From NCBI GenBank assembly GCA_049585595.1, contig JBAVAG010000013.1, positions 23,643-87,642 of the forward strand: a stretch of 64,000 nt of DNA, written 5' to 3'. The translations under genes were made by a program, and so were the position numbers. Source of the DNA: Desulfobaccales bacterium (GTDB lineage: Bacteria > Desulfobacterota > Desulfobaccia > Desulfobaccales > 0-14-0-80-60-11). This document shows, in pieces, positions 63,628 to 64,000 of the stretch (within the stretch, counting starts at the first letter, position 1; every line of letters begins with the position of its first letter). The notes under the pieces are model-generated. The model was not told the origin of the DNA, made no database searches, and saw only the letters and a program-made list of their open reading frames with translations.

Positions 63628-64000
63628 TTACAGCGGCCGGGCAACGGGGCGACAGAGATTTTGGCGGATATCCAGGTAGACTTCGCCGTAATCAGGAGAG
63701 CCCTGCCGCAGGCTATAGAAGGCGTTGAGCATCAGGCTGGCCACCATGAGGTTGGTGAACAGAAGCTGGGGGGCGCCGGCGGCCATGAGCTCTTCACAGG
63801 AGAGTTCGGCTGGGTTTCGGTCCCCGGGCTGGGCGATCTCGGGGTGATAGCGTCCCAGGGAGGGAGTCAAATCCCGGCCGGCCCGCCGCAGGTAAATCTG
63901 AACGTTGCCGTCTTCGTAATCGTTGCCCCCGGAAATCAGGGTGAGGTCTTGGAGGGCAGCGGCGTAGCCGTCCACCAGGTGGCGGGAGGCGTAGTTATCC
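63628..64000 (-). CDS. C-terminal part of a ThiF/E1-like adenylyltransferase-fold protein (tentative; gene continues beyond the window)
   Basis: The frame is open to the window edge (..DNYASRHLVDGYAA..). The DN..(S/T)R..(V/L)(D/N) pattern, a later Cys-containing loop and hydrophobic helix APQLLFTNLMVASLMLNAF resemble the ThiF/MoeB layout. Confidence 0.3.
   Translation of the reverse strand, partial: DNYASRHLVDGYAAALQDLTLISGGNDYEDGNVQIYLRRAGRDLTPSLGRYHPEIAQPGDRNPAELSCEELMAAGAPQLLFTNLMVASLMLNAFYSLRQGSPDYGEVYLDIRQNLCRPVARPL

Noticed and set aside
1-64000. Genome-wide reassignment of TAG to a sense codon.
   Set aside because: At least eight well-conserved genes end on TAG at family-typical lengths: serA, pth, the livK-like, livHM and livG-like genes, the second CoA-transferase, the AAA+ ATPase and the methyltransferase. 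At most, site-specific read-through remains possible.
1-64000. tRNA, rRNA, insertion sequences, integrases and prophage genes.
   Set aside because: I found no T-loop (GGTTCGAATCC-like) context, no rRNA-like sequence, and no transposase-, integrase- or phage-like ORF in either the track or the sequence.

Overview
This 64-kb window is mostly core chromosome from a moderately GC-rich Gram-negative bacterium. Supporting markers are a sigma54-type activator, an Mla/MCE operon, a PEP-CTERM sorting signal, a quinol NO reductase and a nuo operon. The taxon cannot be determined from sequence alone; an anaerobic Desulfobacterota-, NC10- or Nitrospirota-like lineage is only a guess. All protein calls rest on motifs I recognise in the supplied translations, and no searches were run.

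Gene content, left to right:
- Type III-like res-mod restriction-modification pair
- class-V aminotransferase plus serA, a DUF1844-like gene, then ispE-prs-pth
- B12-radical-SAM gene, a small basic protein and a sensor-less sigma54-type activator
- 11-gene nuoABCDHIJKLMN operon lacking nuoEFG
- c-di-GMP-I (GEMM-I)-like riboswitch in front of a PEP-CTERM secreted-protein gene that carries an in-frame TAG
- SBP-histidine kinase-response regulator operon
- BASS-like transporter and two flavoenzymes
- AT-rich TPR gene
- diadenylate-cyclase-like protein with a large unknown N-terminal domain
- tandem M16 peptidase
- Liv-type ABC transporter plus two family III CoA-transferases, one with an in-frame TAG
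- AAA+ ATPase and an orphan histidine kinase
- qNOR, cupin and two ferredoxins
- His/Tyr-rich nonapeptide-repeat secreted protein
- Mla operon, purB, a SAM methyltransferase and ispG
- Cys-rich secreted protein and a partial ThiF-like gene at the right edge

Noncoding DNA is unusually patterned. It contains heptamer-periodic tandem repeats, a duplicated roughly 75-115 bp element, and nested GC-rich palindromic REP-like elements.

I recognised no rRNA, tRNA, CRISPR array, transposase or integrase. I see no clear multi-gene novel system. The best leads are the riboswitch/PEP-CTERM cassette, the two in-frame amber codons, the mosaic mod gene, the heptamer arrays at positions where conserved genes are missing, and the DAC-domain protein.
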